Positions 62,355 through 64,000 of a stretch of DNA of 64,000 nucleotides are shown one piece after another. Each line of letters opens with the position of its first letter. The stretch's first letter is position 1. Source of the stretch: a candidate division FCPU426 bacterium (GTDB lineage: Bacteria; Oederibacteriota; Muellerivitia; Muellerivitales; Muellerivitaceae); the NCBI GenBank assembly GCA_963719085.1, contig CAVRAL010000004.1:736001-800000 (forward strand), given 5' to 3'. The notes under the pieces are model-generated. The model was not told where the DNA came from. It did not search any database and saw only the letters and a list, made by a program, of their open reading frames with translations. Position numbers and translations under genes: made by a program.

Positions 62355-64000
62355 TGGAAACCAACAAGACCCGCGCCCGGCTTATCCAATTTATCGGCAC
62401 CTTTATCAGCCTGGTGGTTTTTTATCTGGCGCTTTGGGTGCTTCATAAAGAAGTTCATACCAGCAACTTCCACGAAGTCTTTCTTTATTTAAAAGGCATC
62501 CCGCTTCAGCACTTTTGGGCGGCCGCGGGTTTCTCCGCGCTCAGCTACCTGGCTCTCACGGGTTATGACCGCCTGGGGCTTTGGCATAGCGGCCATTTCA
62601 TCCCCTACCGCCGGTCCGCGTTGGCCTCTTTCATCAGCTACAGCTTGAGCCACAATATCGGCATGTCGCCTTTGACGGGCGGCGGGGTGCGTTTCCGTTT
62701 TTATTCCCGTTGGGGTTTGACCGGCAATGAAATCCTCAATTTGCTTCTGATCTGCGGCTCCACCTATTGGGTGGGATCGCTCACCATGGGCGCGTTTTTT
62801 TTCTTTTTGGATCCGCCCGACCTGCCCACGTCGATCAGCCTGCCCTTCTCGTCGGTTTTCGTCATCGGGGTCTTGTGTCTTAGTTTGGGAACCCTTTATC
62901 TTTTGGCCGCCGTCTTTTTGCGCAAGCCCCTGTCCATCGGCAAGTGGAAAATTCCCATGCCGTCCGTGCAGGTGGTTTTGGCGCAAATGGCCATCGGTTC
63001 ATTGGATTGGTGCTGCTCAGGCGCCACCCTTTATATGCTGCTGCCCGCCTCCAGCCTTTCTTATACCTCTTTCATTTCCATTTACCTTTTAGCCCAAGTC
63101 GTCAGCACCGTCAGCCAAGTGCCGGGCGGCCTTGGTATTTTAGAAACGACCTTCGTGGTGCTTTTGTCGCCGGCCTTGCCGGCCCCCTCGGTTTTGGGGG
63201 CAGTGGTGGCGTTTCGGCTCGTTTACTTTTTTATTCCCTTCATCCTGGGGCTCTCGGCTTTTAGCGCCTATGAGGTGACGCACAACAAGGAGGGGTTCAA
63301 GCGGGCCCTGCAAATTTTCAACCGTTGGATGCCCGACTTGGCGCCGCACGCTTTCGCCGGTTTTACTTTTTTCGCGGGAGCCCTTATTTTATTCTTCAAC
63401 GCGACCCCGGAAGCCAGCCGCCGCATCCTATGGTTGAATGAGTATATTCCGCTGGGATTATTGGAAGGCTCGCATTTCACCGTGGGGGTTTTGGGCGCGC
63501 TGCTTTTATTATTGGCCCGGGGGCTACAGCAGCGCCTCGACATCGCCTACAGTTTCACTTTGGTGTGTTTAGGGCTCGGTGCCTTGGCCTCTTTTTTCAA
63601 GGGTTTTGATTACGGCCAAGCCTTTTTACTGCTGATTTTATTTGGCGTGCTTTTGCCCTGCCGCCGTTATTTCCCGAAAAAGTCCTCGCTCTTTTACCAG
63701 CGCTACCCGCCGGTTTGGGTCACGGCCATCCTATTCGTTTGGCTCGGGTCCATTTGGGTGGGGGTTTTTAATTACCGCTACGAGGATTATTCCGGCGACC
63801 TCTGGACCACGTTTGATTTGGTGGAGGACGCGGCGCGCTTCCTGCGATCGACCTTGGGCGCCACGGTCACCCTGGTGCTTTTCGCCATCATCGGGCTTTT
63901 GAGCCCGGATCAGCCCGAGACCCAGATCCCCAGCCCCATTGAGCTGGATAAAACCCAGCGGCTGGTCCGCTCCTCCTCCCGGACTTATCCCGCTCTGGCG
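62354..64000 (+). CDS. mprF: MprF-type aminoacyl-phosphatidylglycerol flippase/synthetase, N-terminal part (3'-truncated; not in ORF track)
   Basis: ATG overlaps pdxH stop; hand translation gives SYLALTGYD, SHNIG, GGGVRFRFYSRWG, SQVPGGLGILE, LLEGSHF, LARGL. Confidence 0.88.
   Translation, partial: METNKTRARLIQFIGTFISLVVFYLALWVLHKEVHTSNFHEVFLYLKGIPLQHFWAAAGFSALSYLALTGYDRLGLWHSGHFIPYRRSALASFISYSLSHNIGMSPLTGGGVRFRFYSRWGLTGNEILNLLLICGSTYWVGSLTMGAFFFFLDPPDLPTSISLPFSSVFVIGVLCLSLGTLYLLAAVFLRKPLSIGKWKIPMPSVQVVLAQMAIGSLDWCCSGATLYMLLPASSLSYTSFISIYLLAQVVSTVSQVPGGLGILETTFVVLLSPALPAPSVLGAVVAFRLVYFFIPFILGLSAFSAYEVTHNKEGFKRALQIFNRWMPDLAPHAFAGFTFFAGALILFFNATPEASRRILWLNEYIPLGLLEGSHFTVGVLGALLLLLARGLQQRLDIAYSFTLVCLGLGALASFFKGFDYGQAFLLLILFGVLLPCRRYFPKKSSLFYQRYPPVWVTAILFVWLGSIWVGVFNYRYEDYSGDLWTTFDLVEDAARFLRSTLGATVTLVLFAIIGLLSPDQPETQIPSPIELDKTQRLVRSSSRTYPALA

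Noticed and set aside
62489..63902. Short ORFs listed in the track beyond pdxH
   Set aside because: All overlap the long open mprF frame starting at 62354

Overview
Bacterial chromosomal window spanning the replication origin. Core block: dnaN-dnaA on the minus strand, with DnaA-box clusters on both sides of dnaA and a DnaA-trio/AT-rich unwinding element next to dnaN, then rpmH-rnpA-yidD-yidC-jag-mnmE-mnmG-rsmG-recF-dciA-gyrB-gyrA on the plus strand with two perfect parS sites. The order is non-canonical. A cobamide-assembly cluster (cbiX, cobS, cobT, cobU) and an unknown tandem Fis-like HTH gene separate dnaA from rpmH. recF-gyrBA follow rsmG rather than dnaN, and parAB are absent from the window. 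The flanks carry housekeeping and accessory genes (purC, hldD, thiO-like, GH50-like hydrolase, HD-GYP, MrfA-like helicase-exonuclease fusion, sigma70-HspR-DegP operon, GGDEF, leuCD/LysR, DODA-pirin-hemerythrin-AlkD, tRNA-Ser, pdxH, mprF). rpmH, tRNA-Ser(CGA) and mprF are missing from the supplied ORF track and were read directly from the sequence. The most unusual items are: (i) a membrane pseudo-histidine kinase (His replaced by Glu, degenerate ATP boxes) with a ~400-aa proline-rich tail, overlapping the end of gyrA; (ii) a tRNA-Ser whose CCA end is fused to REP-like hairpins leading into a small GIY-YIG nuclease, with a duplicated tRNA 5' end upstream; (iii) a family of 8/9-nt-periodic palindromic elements, one bracketing the leuC/lysR divergent promoter; (iv) the tandem Fis-like protein near oriC. 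All product calls come from recognising motifs by eye, not from database searches. No CRISPR array, rRNA, transposase or integrase was seen.
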